Shown here: positions 1 through 10,066 of the stretch, in pieces
Numbering within the stretch: position 1 is the first letter of the stretch
Layout of the letters: each line of letters starts with the position of its first letter
Assembly (NCBI GenBank): GCA_964425075.1
Contig: CAYRKM010000001.1
Location: forward strand, 523,060-587,059
DNA: 64,000 nucleotides
Direction of reading: 5' to 3'
Source: an uncultured Gammaproteobacteria bacterium
Lineage (GTDB): Bacteria; Patescibacteriota; Microgenomatia; Levybacterales; GWA1-39-11
Notes under the pieces: model-generated
Databases searched by the model: none
What the model was told of the DNA's origin: nothing
What the model saw: only the letters and a program-made list of their open reading frames with translations
Translations under genes and position numbers: made by a program

Positions 1-545
1 TCTTCCTTGGATAATTTTTTAATTTCATATTCATTTCCATCAGCCAAAATTACTTTTAATTCAGTTACAAAATTTTCTGTTTTTCCATATTGGAGAGTCA
101 TTTCCCCACCTGCATTATTTGCAACTATCCCACCAACTGTACAAAGTTTCCATGAAGAAGGGAAGGGTGGATATTTTAAATCATGTTTATCAAGTGCTTC
201 TGCTAAATATCTATAATAAAGCCCCGGTTCCACAACTGCATAGTCCTCCCCGATGTGCTTTATCTTATTTAGCTTGTCAGTTTGAATTAAAATTGATTGC
301 GTTAGGCTTCCCCCGCTCATGCACGTTCCACCTGCTCTTACTGCAACAGATAAATTAGGGAAATTGTTTTTGTTTTTTCTAACGAAATCCACGATTTCGC
401 AAATTTCCTTAGCATTTTTTGGAATCGCAATAACCATTGGTGTCATTTCGAAAACAGACGCGTCACGAGAATATTTTTTTCTTAACGAAATGTCATCCGT
501 TATTTCACACGTGGTAGATTGCTTTAGAGCAGTAAGTAGATCCAT
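1..545 (-). CDS. FAD-binding oxidoreductase (PCMH-type FAD-binding domain, GlcD/D-lactate dehydrogenase-like); 5' part only, runs off the left edge of the window
   Basis: Manual translation of the reverse strand from ATG at 543-545 gives MDLLTALKQ...VAVRAGGTCMSGGSLTQSILIQT...GGIVANNAGGE. The R-A-G-G-T-x-x-S-G-G motif and glycine-rich loops are typical of FAD-linked oxidases. Not in the ORF track because it is truncated. Confidence 0.65.
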   Translation of the reverse strand, partial: MDLLTALKQSTTCEITDDISLRKKYSRDASVFEMTPMVIAIPKNAKEICEIVDFVRKNKNNFPNLSVAVRAGGTCMSGGSLTQSILIQTDKLNKIKHIGEDYAVVEPGLYYRYLAEALDKHDLKYPPFPSSWKLCTVGGIVANNAGGEMTLQYGKTENFVTELKVILADGNEYEIKKLSKE

Positions 546-549
546 TGAA

Positions 550-1539
550 TTATTTGCGGGCTATGACTTTTTTGACAGCTTCTTTAATGGAAGTAGAATC
601 CATTTTGTATTTTGTCAAAAGCTCATTTATTTTTCCTGATTCTCCGAAAGTATTTTGCATTCCTACAAATTCCATTGGAGTAGGATGGTTTTTCGCTAAC
701 ACTTCAGCAATGGCGCTTCCCAAACCCCCATCAACCTGGTGGTCTTCAACGCTTACTATTGCACCTGTTTGCTTTGCTTGTTCTACTATTGTTTCAGCGT
801 CGATTGGTTTTACTGTATGGATATTTGTAACAAGTGTTTGTATTCCTTCCTTCTCTAATTCATAGGCTGCAACTAATGCATGATATAACATGTAACCAGT
901 GGCAAAAATTACAGCTTGCGGGGATTCACTTGTCCAAAAAGTTTGGGCTTTTCCAAATTCAAATGGAGTTTCTGTAGTAGTTAGAACGGGAGTGTTATCG
1001 CGAGTTAATCGAATATAAAATGGACCATAGTTTTGCCCAGAATAAACCGTTGCTTTCATGGCTTGAATTGAGTCACATGGAACAACTACCCTCATTTTTG
1101 GCCAGGAGCGAGTGATTGCAAGATCCTCAGTTGCTTGATGGGTTGCTCCATCAGGTCCAGTCATAAGTCCTGCATGATGTCCTGCAATTTTTACATCGGC
1201 ATTATTGTAGACAATTGTTGTTCTAATAGTCTCTAAATTTTTCCCAGGGGAAAAGGTGGCGTAGGAGGATATAAATGCTGTTTTGCCAGTTACTCCAAGT
1301 CCAGCAGCAACTGCAGCCATATTTTGTTCGGCAACTCCCATTTCAAAAAATCTATCAGGATATTTTTCAGCAAATTTATTAACTTTCGTACTTTCTGAAA
1401 GATCAGCGGTAAGAACTACGACATTTGGGTTTTCTTCTCCCAACACAACTAGTCCATCTCCGTATCCAGTGCGTGTTGCAATTTTCTCAACATCCTCTGA
1501 AAATATTTTGTCATTTAGTTTTAGATCTTTATTCAACAT
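550..1539 (-). CDS. Transketolase, C-terminal (pyrimidine-binding) subunit of a split transketolase
   Basis: 329-aa ORF with strong transketolase C-terminal section similarity (FEMGVAEQNMAAVAAGL..., ATHQATEDLAITR). ATG start at 1537-1539. Adjacent to the N-terminal subunit gene. Confidence 0.9.
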   Translation of the reverse strand: MLNKDLKLNDKIFSEDVEKIATRTGYGDGLVVLGEENPNVVVLTADLSESTKVNKFAEKYPDRFFEMGVAEQNMAAVAAGLGVTGKTAFISSYATFSPGKNLETIRTTIVYNNADVKIAGHHAGLMTGPDGATHQATEDLAITRSWPKMRVVVPCDSIQAMKATVYSGQNYGPFYIRLTRDNTPVLTTTETPFEFGKAQTFWTSESPQAVIFATGYMLYHALVAAYELEKEGIQTLVTNIHTVKPIDAETIVEQAKQTGAIVSVEDHQVDGGLGSAIAEVLAKNHPTPMEFVGMQNTFGESGKINELLTKYKMDSTSIKEAVKKVIARK

Positions 1540-1578
1540 ATTTTTAACTATTCCTATTCCTAATAACCAGCAACTGAT

Positions 1579-2442
1579 CTATTGGTGTTCGCTTTCTATT
1601 TTTCCCTGTAAAGTTCTAAGTTCTGATAATGCTTTTTTTGCTTCCTCTTGGTTTGGTGGTTTGCCATGCCAGGTGTAATCGTTTTCCATGAAGTCTACTC
1701 CAAGACCAGGGATAGTATGGGCGATAATTACGGTTGGTTTTTCATGAATTGCACGAGCCTCTCTTATGGCATTTACAAACATCTCAATATTGTTTCCATC
1801 AATTTCTAGAACCTTCCAATTAAATGATTCATATTTATATCCCAATGTTTCAAGTGGCATGACATTTTCTGTGGTTCCGTCAATTTGAATATTATTCCTG
1901 TCAATTACGACTGTTAAATTATCGAGCTTAAATTTCGCAGCTGACATTACTGCCTCCCAAGTGTTTCCTTCTTGATGTTCACCATCTGAAGTAAGGCAAT
2001 AAATGTGGTTTTTCTTTTTATCTAATTTTAGAGCCAATGCCATTCCAACAGCTTGAGAAAGTCCTTCTCCCAGGGGGCCTGACGTATTTTCAATTCCCGG
2101 AAGTGTTCCTCTGTGTGGATGACCTTGAAGACGGGAATTTATTTTTCGTAAAGTTTTAAGTTCTTCAACTGGGAAATATCCGGCCTTTGCCATGGTTGTG
2201 TAGAGTACTGGACAAATATGTCCATTTGAAAGAACAAGTCTGTCTCTCTCGCTCCAATCCGGATTTTTTGGATCATGATTTAAGACGTGAAAGTAAAGAG
2301 CCGTAAAAATATCTGCCATACCCAATGGGCCTGCAGAATGGCCACTTCCTGCCTCTAAAAGCGTTTGGATTATCAACTGTCTTATTTCAACAGCAATTTC
2401 CTTTAATTCTTGTTCTTTTTCTGGTGTTAGGTCTTCTATCAC
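1579..2442 (-). CDS. Transketolase, N-terminal (TPP-binding) subunit; GTG start
   Basis: 287-aa ORF with GHSAGPLGMADIFTALYF...SNGH...GPLGEGLS, typical of transketolase N-terminal sections. The first codon in the ORF track is GTG. Confidence 0.88.
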   Translation of the reverse strand: MIEDLTPEKEQELKEIAVEIRQLIIQTLLEAGSGHSAGPLGMADIFTALYFHVLNHDPKNPDWSERDRLVLSNGHICPVLYTTMAKAGYFPVEELKTLRKINSRLQGHPHRGTLPGIENTSGPLGEGLSQAVGMALALKLDKKKNHIYCLTSDGEHQEGNTWEAVMSAAKFKLDNLTVVIDRNNIQIDGTTENVMPLETLGYKYESFNWKVLEIDGNNIEMFVNAIREARAIHEKPTVIIAHTIPGLGVDFMENDYTWHGKPPNQEEAKKALSELRTLQGKIESEHQ

Positions 2443-2524
2443 AATCTAATCATAACTGTTTTAGCTCGCTAACTTCAAGTAAAATTGTTGTAATGATGAT
2501 AGTGTCATAGTAACCTTATTACAT

Positions 2525-5500
2525 ATGCCTGAAGGTGCAGATATTGATATACAACAACCTAATCAAGACAGACCTTTGACTCGACCAAAAGATGACACAT
2601 CGCAGGTTGAAGTATCAAAACCTGCTGAAGATTTAATAGAGAGAATTAAAGAGGGAATGAAGGGACCAAACCCAGACCCAAAGGCAGTATTGAAAGATAT
2701 TGCAGATTCAAAACAGGACCCCCAACAAGTTGATGAAGAGCTTGAAACTGATGACAGTGTTCTGCCGGATGAAATTCAGGTTGATGATCCAATTTCTCCA
2801 GAACACCTGGATTCTCAGGATGTGCCACAAGAAGCATTAGTAAGTGAAGGGGAAGTGATTGATCGCGAATTTCAAAAACTTAAAGAAGCAGTATTGACCA
2901 GAAAAGGCAATAGAGGAAGCGGGGAATCAAATGATGCGGAAGGTGAAGAAAAAACATCACTTCTTAAAAAAGTAAGAGAAAAACTAGCGCAGTTAGATCA
3001 AGGTTCTTCTCAAATGAGCGACAGAGAAATAAGGTCCTTAGCTAAGAAAGCCGGAGTAGATAACTTGGAAAGATTGAAATCTCTAACACAAATTTTCAAG
3101 ATCGATCGAAATCTGATCGTTGAAGAAGAACAGTTAAATGCTCTCAGAGAACTCGCAAATTCCGAAGTAGATCCTCTGCCAGTTTTTGAAGCTCTAAGTA
3201 CTGTTGGTTTAGAATTCCGACCTCGCATAGATAGCGAATCTGGAGGGGTAGAGTCTGTGCTGAGATTGCTTAAAGCCCCTCATTTAGACGAGGCTCTAGC
3301 CGTGCTTAATGGAATTAGTGATAGTGCTCCAGGGTATAGGATGTATAGATGGGACTCTAGTGGGCAGACTGAGTTAGAAAGCCTTCTGGCATTAGCAGAA
3401 TCTGATTATGTGCCTGAATATAGTGTGGATTTTTATGAAAAAGTTAGCACTGTATCCGCGGCAATTAGAAGAGATATTAAAATAGATGATTTGCCAAAAT
3501 TTGAACCTGTTTTTAATAATCCAGGAAAATTTAATTTTCTTCTGACAGCTTTGAATAATGGTTATGTTCCCGTTGGGGACGAAGTTTTCAAATCCCTTGA
3601 TGAGCTAGATAGCGCAGGACTAATCGAACCCCTAACCATTCTTCTGCAATCAAAAATTTCTGTTGGAGAAATTTTTGCTGGTACGGGAAATAGGGAAGGC
3701 GAGCAAACCCAAGCGGATGTTAATAGGAGTCTTTTAGAATTTGTGCATAACCCGAGTGTGCAAGACCTGCTATCTAATTCAGAAAAACAGGAATTTGCAA
3801 GAAGACTTAGTGAATTATCAAAAGGAAAAGAAATTGAAGTAGGACAAGTAGATGAGTTTTTTGATAAAAGAGAACAAATTGAAGGGCTTTATGACCTCAT
3901 ATTTAAAGGACGTGATATTGGTGATAGAGAGTATGTGTTTGACAAAGGACCATTTTCTACAATTGTTGACCTGTTTCAGAATAAAACTCGAGTTGAATTA
4001 TTTTTAGCTCCAGAATTTCAGGAATTTGTAAAAAATCTTGATTCGAGTCCTGATTTCAAACTTCAGCCAGGAGACTTTTTTCTGCAGCAGCATTTTAATG
4101 AGTACGATATGAGAATTTATGGAGATGATAGCTTGTTGCTGGGACTTTTCTATGCCCGAAACGTAATTGATTATTTAGGACAGGATTCTCTCGTGGATAT
4201 TATTCAAAACAGTAGGTCTCAGGCCAGCTCTGAGTTGCGTTTTGAAGCGAGGGAAAAAGTAAATAAATATGTCAAAATGATTGGATTTGATAGATATGTA
4301 ACTTTGCTAAAGGAAAATAGTATTTCAGTTCCTAATGATGCGGATGGAGAGCAGTGGTTAAGAAATGTGAAAAATATGCGCTTGTTGAAAGCAGATATTG
4401 TTGATGGTTTGTCTCCTGAAATGAAAAAAAGATGGATAGAGGCCGTGCTTAATATCCCCATAGAATTTCAAAATTACACAAGTGTTCCTTTCGATCGTGA
4501 ATCAGATCGTTTTGACGTTGACATTAAGACTTTCAATAAGATTATTGAATTGAGTAATATAATCTCCTCGAGTGATTTTTTCTCAACTTTGATTGAGAAA
4601 AGTAACGTTACCTTAAGTGTTGACTTGCTTCAAATTGATCCTGAAATCCTGAGGCAAATTCCAGCAAGATTTCAATGGTTAGATGATGGGGAAAATTCAG
4701 GTTTGGCGGCTTTCATTCTTAATAATTCGTTACTATTTATGCAAAGTGAAGAAGATTTGAGTTTTATAAATCAAGTGGTCGAATTGGCAGGGCAAAATTC
4801 TCTAAGCATTCTTACGGATTATAAAAAGTATATTGAGCAAGGAATTATTACTCCTGATGATAAATCCCTCTTCGTAGATTTCGCCCATATATTTGTAGAC
4901 CCTCAATCTTCACGAGACATTGCTTTGAGAAGAGGTTACAAAATGATGGGAGATTATTTGACTATCGATTCGTATAGGTTCTTAAGAGAGGTTGTGAATG
5001 GATCTGTTGATGATCAAGTGCTTCAAAGCCTTGGAATAACTCAAAAAGGAGAAGAAGGATTAGCTCAATTAGAGAGTATTATGCATGGATTTGTATTGGG
5101 GTTGGAAAGCGGTAATTCAGATCTTTCTCTACTTGACCATAAAATTTTTTCTGATTTCATTAAATCATATGTTAGATATGAGTCTTCGCAGTGGGGGGAC
5201 CATAGCTCTGACAACTTTAGCAGGATAATTCAAACGGCACAAAGATTAAAAGAAACACAGCCGGGAATTTTGGACTCAAGTTTACCATCAAGTGGAATAC
5301 AGGATATAGCCAAACTTGAGAGAACTCATACTAGTGAATCTACTTTTACGGAACCATTTATGTCCCGCTATGGAACACTAAGAGACAACATACAAAAGGC
5401 CCTTGATGCAATTAGCCAACCTAGAGCTTTTTCCAGTCTTGCAAGAAACATAAAGATACAAATAGACGAGCAGATTATTATGCTTGAATCAGATTTGGAA

Positions 5501-6400
5501 AAAAACAGAGACAAGTCTCAAGCCCAGGCACACATACAGAAGAGAATTGAGAGACTTAAAACAGTTGATCCAGGCGACCTGAAGTCGTTCCAAGCAAATT
5601 TCGCGGCTCTTGCGCAGGAAAAGGTATTTAGTGATCTTCTCATGCAATCGGTTTTTGCATATACACTCCAGAAATTCCCAGAACAGAGAGAAAGAATGGC
5701 ACGGGTTATAGGCAAAGAAACTCCTGATGTGGATAGTATTAGCGCGATTTTAGATTTCACCGAACACATGACTACAAAGGAAGCATGGAAATCTTATTTT
5801 ACGGATAAAAATGCGAAACGTGCTTTTCAAAGTATTCTTGATACAAAAGAAATCAACGACGGATTAACCCGACTCATGGAAGAAGGAAGTAAAACTAGAA
5901 ATTATACCCCTGTTGAATTTGTCCCCACAAGAGGAATTTTGATGGAATTTTCTGGTTATATCGCCGATGCATGTTGGGCATCTAGATACGAAAGCTCTGC
6001 CGAGCAGTTTCCTAATATAACGGCAGTAATAATGCAAGATGTATCAAAAGAGGTTCCCAAACTCTTAGGCTCATCTCTTCTCATAGAAACGACCTCAACA
6101 GATGGAGTTCCACTCCTGATTATTAGAGGATTAAATCCTCTTGAGTCATATATAAACCATGTAGATATTCCTGATTTTTATGGTAAATTTACAGACTATG
6201 TAAAACGTGTTGCTGAAAGCCAGGGAAGAAGGGCTGCAATAGTTATTGATAATCATTCAGGTGGATCATCAACAAATAGACCTCTTCTCTTCAGTTATTT
6301 AACAGAGAAAAAGAGGGAGTTATCGCCTATTGTAGTTCCTTCAGAAGACACTACATTTAATGGTTACAATATCTCCCAGAATACGTATTTGTTAAATTAA
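2525..6400 (+). CDS. Very large (1291 aa) hypothetical cytosolic protein with a strongly acidic, low-complexity N-terminal ~150 aa; no recognisable enzymatic domain
   Basis: Uninterrupted 3.9 kb ORF with ATG start. No signal peptide or TM segment. Predicted mostly alpha-helical. The C-terminal region has a D-A-C-W-A-S motif plus downstream His residues (weak papain-like suggestion only). Confidence 0.55.
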   Translation: MPEGADIDIQQPNQDRPLTRPKDDTSQVEVSKPAEDLIERIKEGMKGPNPDPKAVLKDIADSKQDPQQVDEELETDDSVLPDEIQVDDPISPEHLDSQDVPQEALVSEGEVIDREFQKLKEAVLTRKGNRGSGESNDAEGEEKTSLLKKVREKLAQLDQGSSQMSDREIRSLAKKAGVDNLERLKSLTQIFKIDRNLIVEEEQLNALRELANSEVDPLPVFEALSTVGLEFRPRIDSESGGVESVLRLLKAPHLDEALAVLNGISDSAPGYRMYRWDSSGQTELESLLALAESDYVPEYSVDFYEKVSTVSAAIRRDIKIDDLPKFEPVFNNPGKFNFLLTALNNGYVPVGDEVFKSLDELDSAGLIEPLTILLQSKISVGEIFAGTGNREGEQTQADVNRSLLEFVHNPSVQDLLSNSEKQEFARRLSELSKGKEIEVGQVDEFFDKREQIEGLYDLIFKGRDIGDREYVFDKGPFSTIVDLFQNKTRVELFLAPEFQEFVKNLDSSPDFKLQPGDFFLQQHFNEYDMRIYGDDSLLLGLFYARNVIDYLGQDSLVDIIQNSRSQASSELRFEAREKVNKYVKMIGFDRYVTLLKENSISVPNDADGEQWLRNVKNMRLLKADIVDGLSPEMKKRWIEAVLNIPIEFQNYTSVPFDRESDRFDVDIKTFNKIIELSNIISSSDFFSTLIEKSNVTLSVDLLQIDPEILRQIPARFQWLDDGENSGLAAFILNNSLLFMQSEEDLSFINQVVELAGQNSLSILTDYKKYIEQGIITPDDKSLFVDFAHIFVDPQSSRDIALRRGYKMMGDYLTIDSYRFLREVVNGSVDDQVLQSLGITQKGEEGLAQLESIMHGFVLGLESGNSDLSLLDHKIFSDFIKSYVRYESSQWGDHSSDNFSRIIQTAQRLKETQPGILDSSLPSSGIQDIAKLERTHTSESTFTEPFMSRYGTLRDNIQKALDAISQPRAFSSLARNIKIQIDEQIIMLESDLEKNRDKSQAQAHIQKRIERLKTVDPGDLKSFQANFAALAQEKVFSDLLMQSVFAYTLQKFPEQRERMARVIGKETPDVDSISAILDFTEHMTTKEAWKSYFTDKNAKRAFQSILDTKEINDGLTRLMEEGSKTRNYTPVEFVPTRGILMEFSGYIADACWASRYESSAEQFPNITAVIMQDVSKEVPKLLGSSLLIETTSTDGVPLLIIRGLNPLESYINHVDIPDFYGKFTDYVKRVAESQGRRAAIVIDNHSGGSSTNRPLLFSYLTEKKRELSPIVVPSEDTTFNGYNISQNTYLLN

Positions 6401-6557
6401 CAGAGTGTACTTTATTGCATTTTAATTTTTCAAAAGATTAGTGAATTAACAAGGCAGGAAAAAGTTTTTTTACAGAAAAAGGTATTTTCATATAGTTCTA
6501 AATATATGCCTGCTATGGATAGCGGAGGAGAAGATGTTAAGCATGAACTTATGATTC

Positions 6558-7823
6558 TTAATATTCGTAAACCAAAATTAAGTCGGCTACATTTGAAGGT
6601 AGGCGGTCGGTGATGATTGCGTCACCAGATTTCTCAAAAAACTCAAAGCTGTTATTGGATTTAAGAAATTCATCAGGATTTAGACTGTTTTCACTTGCAT
6701 GCTGAAGTGTAATTTTATCAGCTATTGCGCCAGCGTGTTCCGAATTATCCCAGCCATCTGAGTCAATTGAAACAAATATTTCATTATCACCAAGATTTGT
6801 AAGACTTCCCAAAGCTGCTTCCTGGTTTCTTCCCCCTTTTCCATTTCCATGGACAGTTACAGTTGTTTCTCCTCCGGCAAGAATGATGCCTGACTGATTT
6901 TCATTTTTCAGTTTTTCATAAGCCTTTATTGCCTCACTTTCAAACTTGTCGCTTACTATATTTGCAGACAATCCTTTCTCCTCGCATTTTGTCTTCATTG
7001 CGTTTAGTGCCGTAAGATTTGAGAGGACAATAATATTTTTTACCTTCTCAAAGTACTTGTCGTCACTTGGATTGTTGATAAACATATCGGCCGTTACATT
7101 CGGTATCTGAAATTTATGCACCAAAGCAAGCGCATCATCAATTGTGGTGCTGTCTTTTACGGTTGGGCCAGATGCAATGTAGGAAATGTCATTTCCTGGA
7201 ACATCTGAGTAAATAAGTGAAACAATAGTTGCGGGATACAGGATTTGTGCAAGCCCTCCACCCTTAACGTCTGATAAGTGTTGACGAATTTTGTTCATTT
7301 CAATTATTGTGGCACCCGACCTTAACAAAGCCTTCTCAATTTCAATTTTCTGCTCAATTGAAACACTGTGTGGATGCTCAAGCATAGCGCTTCCTCCGCC
7401 ACACACAACTACAAGAACCAAATCCTTTTCTGTCATTGTCGAAAATCTGTCCATCAGAGAAAAAGTAAAGTCTACATTTTGCTGTGATATAACCGGATGT
7501 GTACCTTCGGTGAATTTAATTGTTCCAAATTCTTCGCCCTTAGTATCAATTACATATCCCTCCGTCAGCCTATCTCCCAATAGATCCTCAAGAAGTTTAG
7601 AATTTCTTGCACTTCCTTTTCCAAAGCCAATAAGATATATATGTTCGTAAGTACTTAAATCGTAGGTTTGATCAAGAATAGATAAAATAGTCCCCTCAAG
7701 TTTTATAGTTTTGCTAAAATTTTCCTCAGGTTGAATTGAAGCAAGTCCAGTTTCAATTATTTCAAGAAGAGTAGCTCTTTCTGGTGTTACGGCAAGATTT
7801 TGTAGGTTTTTAATTAACCCCAT
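6558..7823 (-). CDS. Glycerate 2-kinase (MOFRL/DUF4147 family)
   Basis: 421 aa. VVCGGGSAMLE and ILAGGETTVTVHGNGKGGRNQEAAL motifs match the MOFRL-family glycerate kinase signature. ATG at 7821-7823. Confidence 0.75.
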   Translation of the reverse strand: MGLIKNLQNLAVTPERATLLEIIETGLASIQPEENFSKTIKLEGTILSILDQTYDLSTYEHIYLIGFGKGSARNSKLLEDLLGDRLTEGYVIDTKGEEFGTIKFTEGTHPVISQQNVDFTFSLMDRFSTMTEKDLVLVVVCGGGSAMLEHPHSVSIEQKIEIEKALLRSGATIIEMNKIRQHLSDVKGGGLAQILYPATIVSLIYSDVPGNDISYIASGPTVKDSTTIDDALALVHKFQIPNVTADMFINNPSDDKYFEKVKNIIVLSNLTALNAMKTKCEEKGLSANIVSDKFESEAIKAYEKLKNENQSGIILAGGETTVTVHGNGKGGRNQEAALGSLTNLGDNEIFVSIDSDGWDNSEHAGAIADKITLQHASENSLNPDEFLKSNNSFEFFEKSGDAIITDRLPSNVADLILVYEY

Positions 7824-7922
7824 ATATATTAAGTGTAGAGAATTTAAAGATTTATTGCCAGTTGAGACTTGTGCCTTCTTTTTTAGATTGACTTATAAAT
7901 TAGGTTTTGTAATGATTGAGTT

Positions 7923-8579
7923 ATGCAAGGGGAAAATCAAATTCAAGAGCCTATTGAAGCTCCACCTGATCCGAGTGAAACCGTAAATCCCTCAAAGAAA
8001 GAAAAATTTGATAAGTGGGTGCTTATAGGAATTCTTGCTATACCTGTGGGTTTGATGGTCATTTTTGGAGGGTTTTTTGCATATGGCTATTTCAATTCTT
8101 TTAAGACAAAGCCAAAACAAGCACAAGTTGTCCAAAGAGTCTCGCCTACTTTAAATCCTACTGCAACACCTACAGCAACTCTTACGCCTTCGCTTACGAA
8201 TGGACTAATAAAAGCAGTAATAACACCTACTAAATCAGCGACAACAGGGATGGTGACTGTTTATTTCTATCAGTGGAAAATGAATACAGGTTCCTCGCCA
8301 TGGACAAAAATTCCCATAACCGATAGTAATATTGGAGTACATGTCACCAAAGATGGTGTACAAACAAATTATGTCGGCAATCCACCTTCATGGACTTCTC
8401 CTCCTCTTGCGCCGGGAGACTATAATGTTTCTATGGATGAACCAACAAACCATCCACTAAGAGCAGATGGTTGTACTGGAAATGATGATTGTGCCGCCTC
8501 CTCCATTGGATGTAGTCGAAAGTTTCCTTTAAAAGCAGGTGAACATGTCATAATTTCTTGCTGGTATGACAACTATTAA
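7923..8579 (+). CDS. Hypothetical membrane-anchored protein: N-terminal TM helix, Thr/Pro-rich linker, Cys-containing C-terminal ectodomain
   Basis: 218 aa. The hydrophobic segment WVLIGILAIPVGLMVIFGGFFAYGYF is followed by a TLNPTATPTATLTPSL linker. Six Cys near the C-terminus. Confidence 0.45.
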   Translation: MQGENQIQEPIEAPPDPSETVNPSKKEKFDKWVLIGILAIPVGLMVIFGGFFAYGYFNSFKTKPKQAQVVQRVSPTLNPTATPTATLTPSLTNGLIKAVITPTKSATTGMVTVYFYQWKMNTGSSPWTKIPITDSNIGVHVTKDGVQTNYVGNPPSWTSPPLAPGDYNVSMDEPTNHPLRADGCTGNDDCAASSIGCSRKFPLKAGEHVIISCWYDNY

Positions 8580-8946
8580 AAAAAGCTCGGGATTTGAATT
8601 GATAAGGTTTAAGATTTATATCCTTTCATTGTTTCTTATTCCTGCCCTGTTTTTGTATAGAGGAGTATATGACTTTTATCACAAATCTGCTGTGTGGGGA
8701 AATTACCCATGCAGACATAATTGTGGCGACTCTAATCATATTGGCGGAGGCTTAAATGAGGGTATCTCTTACGTAGGAATTGCTATTTTACTTCTTATTC
8801 CATTGTTCGCTCTTTTAATTTTTGCAACTAATCGTAAACCAATTAAAATTAAATACATTCTTATCGACTATTATCTAGCATTAATTTCAATTGCTTTATT
8901 TTTCTTCCTGCAATACATCATTAGTTCTTCAATAAATCCATGGTAA
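8566..8946 (+). CDS. Small hypothetical polytopic membrane protein
   Basis: 126 aa with 3 predicted hydrophobic helices. Overlaps the upstream gene by 14 nt. No homology recognised. Confidence 0.35.
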   Translation: MTTIKKSSGFELIRFKIYILSLFLIPALFLYRGVYDFYHKSAVWGNYPCRHNCGDSNHIGGGLNEGISYVGIAILLLIPLFALLIFATNRKPIKIKYILIDYYLALISIALFFFLQYIISSSINPW

Positions 8947-9001
8947 AAGGGATTTCAAAAATGGGATTGATTATAATTAGGCGGTATGAAATTATATAGA
9001 T

Positions 9002-10039
9002 ATGATTGCCTCGTATAAAAAGAGAGCAAAATGGGGATTTATTATTTGGTTGGTTACTTTTTTAGTGCCAATTGCTTTGGTATTTTTCTTAATTTTACAA
9101 ATTATTCCACAAGCTGAGCAAGGACAACCTCTGTCTCTAGATTTCATTTCCAGTCCCGCCTTTAAGATCATTAGTCTTCTGTATTACATTGCAATTCCCG
9201 TATCTATATATGCCCTATATAACTATGCAAAAGCAAAAGGATACTCAGGGTTTTTTGCCCTGTTGGGAATTTTGGGTGCTTTGGGTTTTATTATCATGGC
9301 TTCATTAAAGGATAAAACAAATCCCGCTACAAAAAATAAAAGCAATAAATTAGTATTTTGGATTGTAGGTATTTCCCTTTTCTTTATAATAGCCGGTCAA
9401 GTTGCGAATTTTCTTATTGATAAAATTAACCCACTTGCTCAACTTAGTAAGGCAGAAGTTGTCAGATGTTCTCATGCATGCAACGAAAAAGGTGATAATT
9501 CGAATGCATGCATCGTGTCTTGTGTTAATACTCAAGTGAGTGATACCACCTGTACTACCCAATGCAAAGATTCCAATGATATAACCGTATGTCTTAAAGA
9601 TTGTTTTGCAAGTACAAATGCTGTATGGAAAGAATACGCAGACCCACAAGGAAAGTTCAAGATATTATTTCCATCAACTCCGGTTCAAAAAACGTCAAAG
9701 GATGGAAAATACGAAAGCGTTGCTCTTATCGGCACTGATAAAGAGTTTGCTTTCTCTTTAATTTATGAAGACGTCGATTTTTTACCTGATTCAACCACTC
9801 TTGAGAAGATCCCACCCTTACGAGCAGAGAAGGTAAAGGGGGAGGTTATAAGTTATCAATTAAGTACGTTCAATTCATACCCGTCAATTAACTTCAAAAT
9901 AAAAACAAAGGATTATTACTATCAATCAACAGCAGTTGTAGTAGGTGAGAGAATATACGTATTAGCAACTATAGGCAAAACAGTATCTTCAGTGAACTTT
10001 AATAAATTTTTAAATTCATTTCAAGTGATTCAGCCCTAA
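9002..10039 (+). CDS. Hypothetical polytopic membrane protein with a Cys-rich extracytoplasmic segment
   Basis: 345 aa. About 4 N-terminal TM helices, then CSHACNEKGDNSNACIVSCVNTQVSDTTCTTQCKDSNDITVCLKDCFAS (10 Cys in 48 aa), then a ~140 aa C-terminal domain. Confidence 0.45.
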   Translation: MIASYKKRAKWGFIIWLVTFLVPIALVFFLILQIIPQAEQGQPLSLDFISSPAFKIISLLYYIAIPVSIYALYNYAKAKGYSGFFALLGILGALGFIIMASLKDKTNPATKNKSNKLVFWIVGISLFFIIAGQVANFLIDKINPLAQLSKAEVVRCSHACNEKGDNSNACIVSCVNTQVSDTTCTTQCKDSNDITVCLKDCFASTNAVWKEYADPQGKFKILFPSTPVQKTSKDGKYESVALIGTDKEFAFSLIYEDVDFLPDSTTLEKIPPLRAEKVKGEVISYQLSTFNSYPSINFKIKTKDYYYQSTAVVVGERIYVLATIGKTVSSVNFNKFLNSFQVIQP

Positions 10040-10066
10040 TCCTCCCCCCCTTTTTTTTGCTATACG

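Noticed and set aside
7-865. Four overlapping plus-strand ORFs (69-106 aa) at the left edge
   Set aside because: They lie antisense to the FAD-oxidoreductase and transketolase C-subunit genes, which have strong homology. Low-complexity translations and mutual overlap make them spurious.
6401-6557. tRNA or other small structured RNA in the intergenic spacers (6401-6557, 21225-21455, 29026-29214, 47157-47339, 58181-58420)
   Set aside because: No cloverleaf-compatible sequence or conserved T-loop (GTTCGAAT-like) was found by eye. Only promoter-like hexamers and simple hairpins. Cannot exclude without tRNAscan or Infernal.
9350-9649. 99-aa minus-strand ORF, and similar antisense ORFs at 7291-7650, 16371-17000, 18728-19040, 20300-20505, 36234-36449, 38071-38614, 47716-48151
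   Set aside because: All are embedded antisense within genes with strong homology or clear membrane-protein character. No independent start signals.
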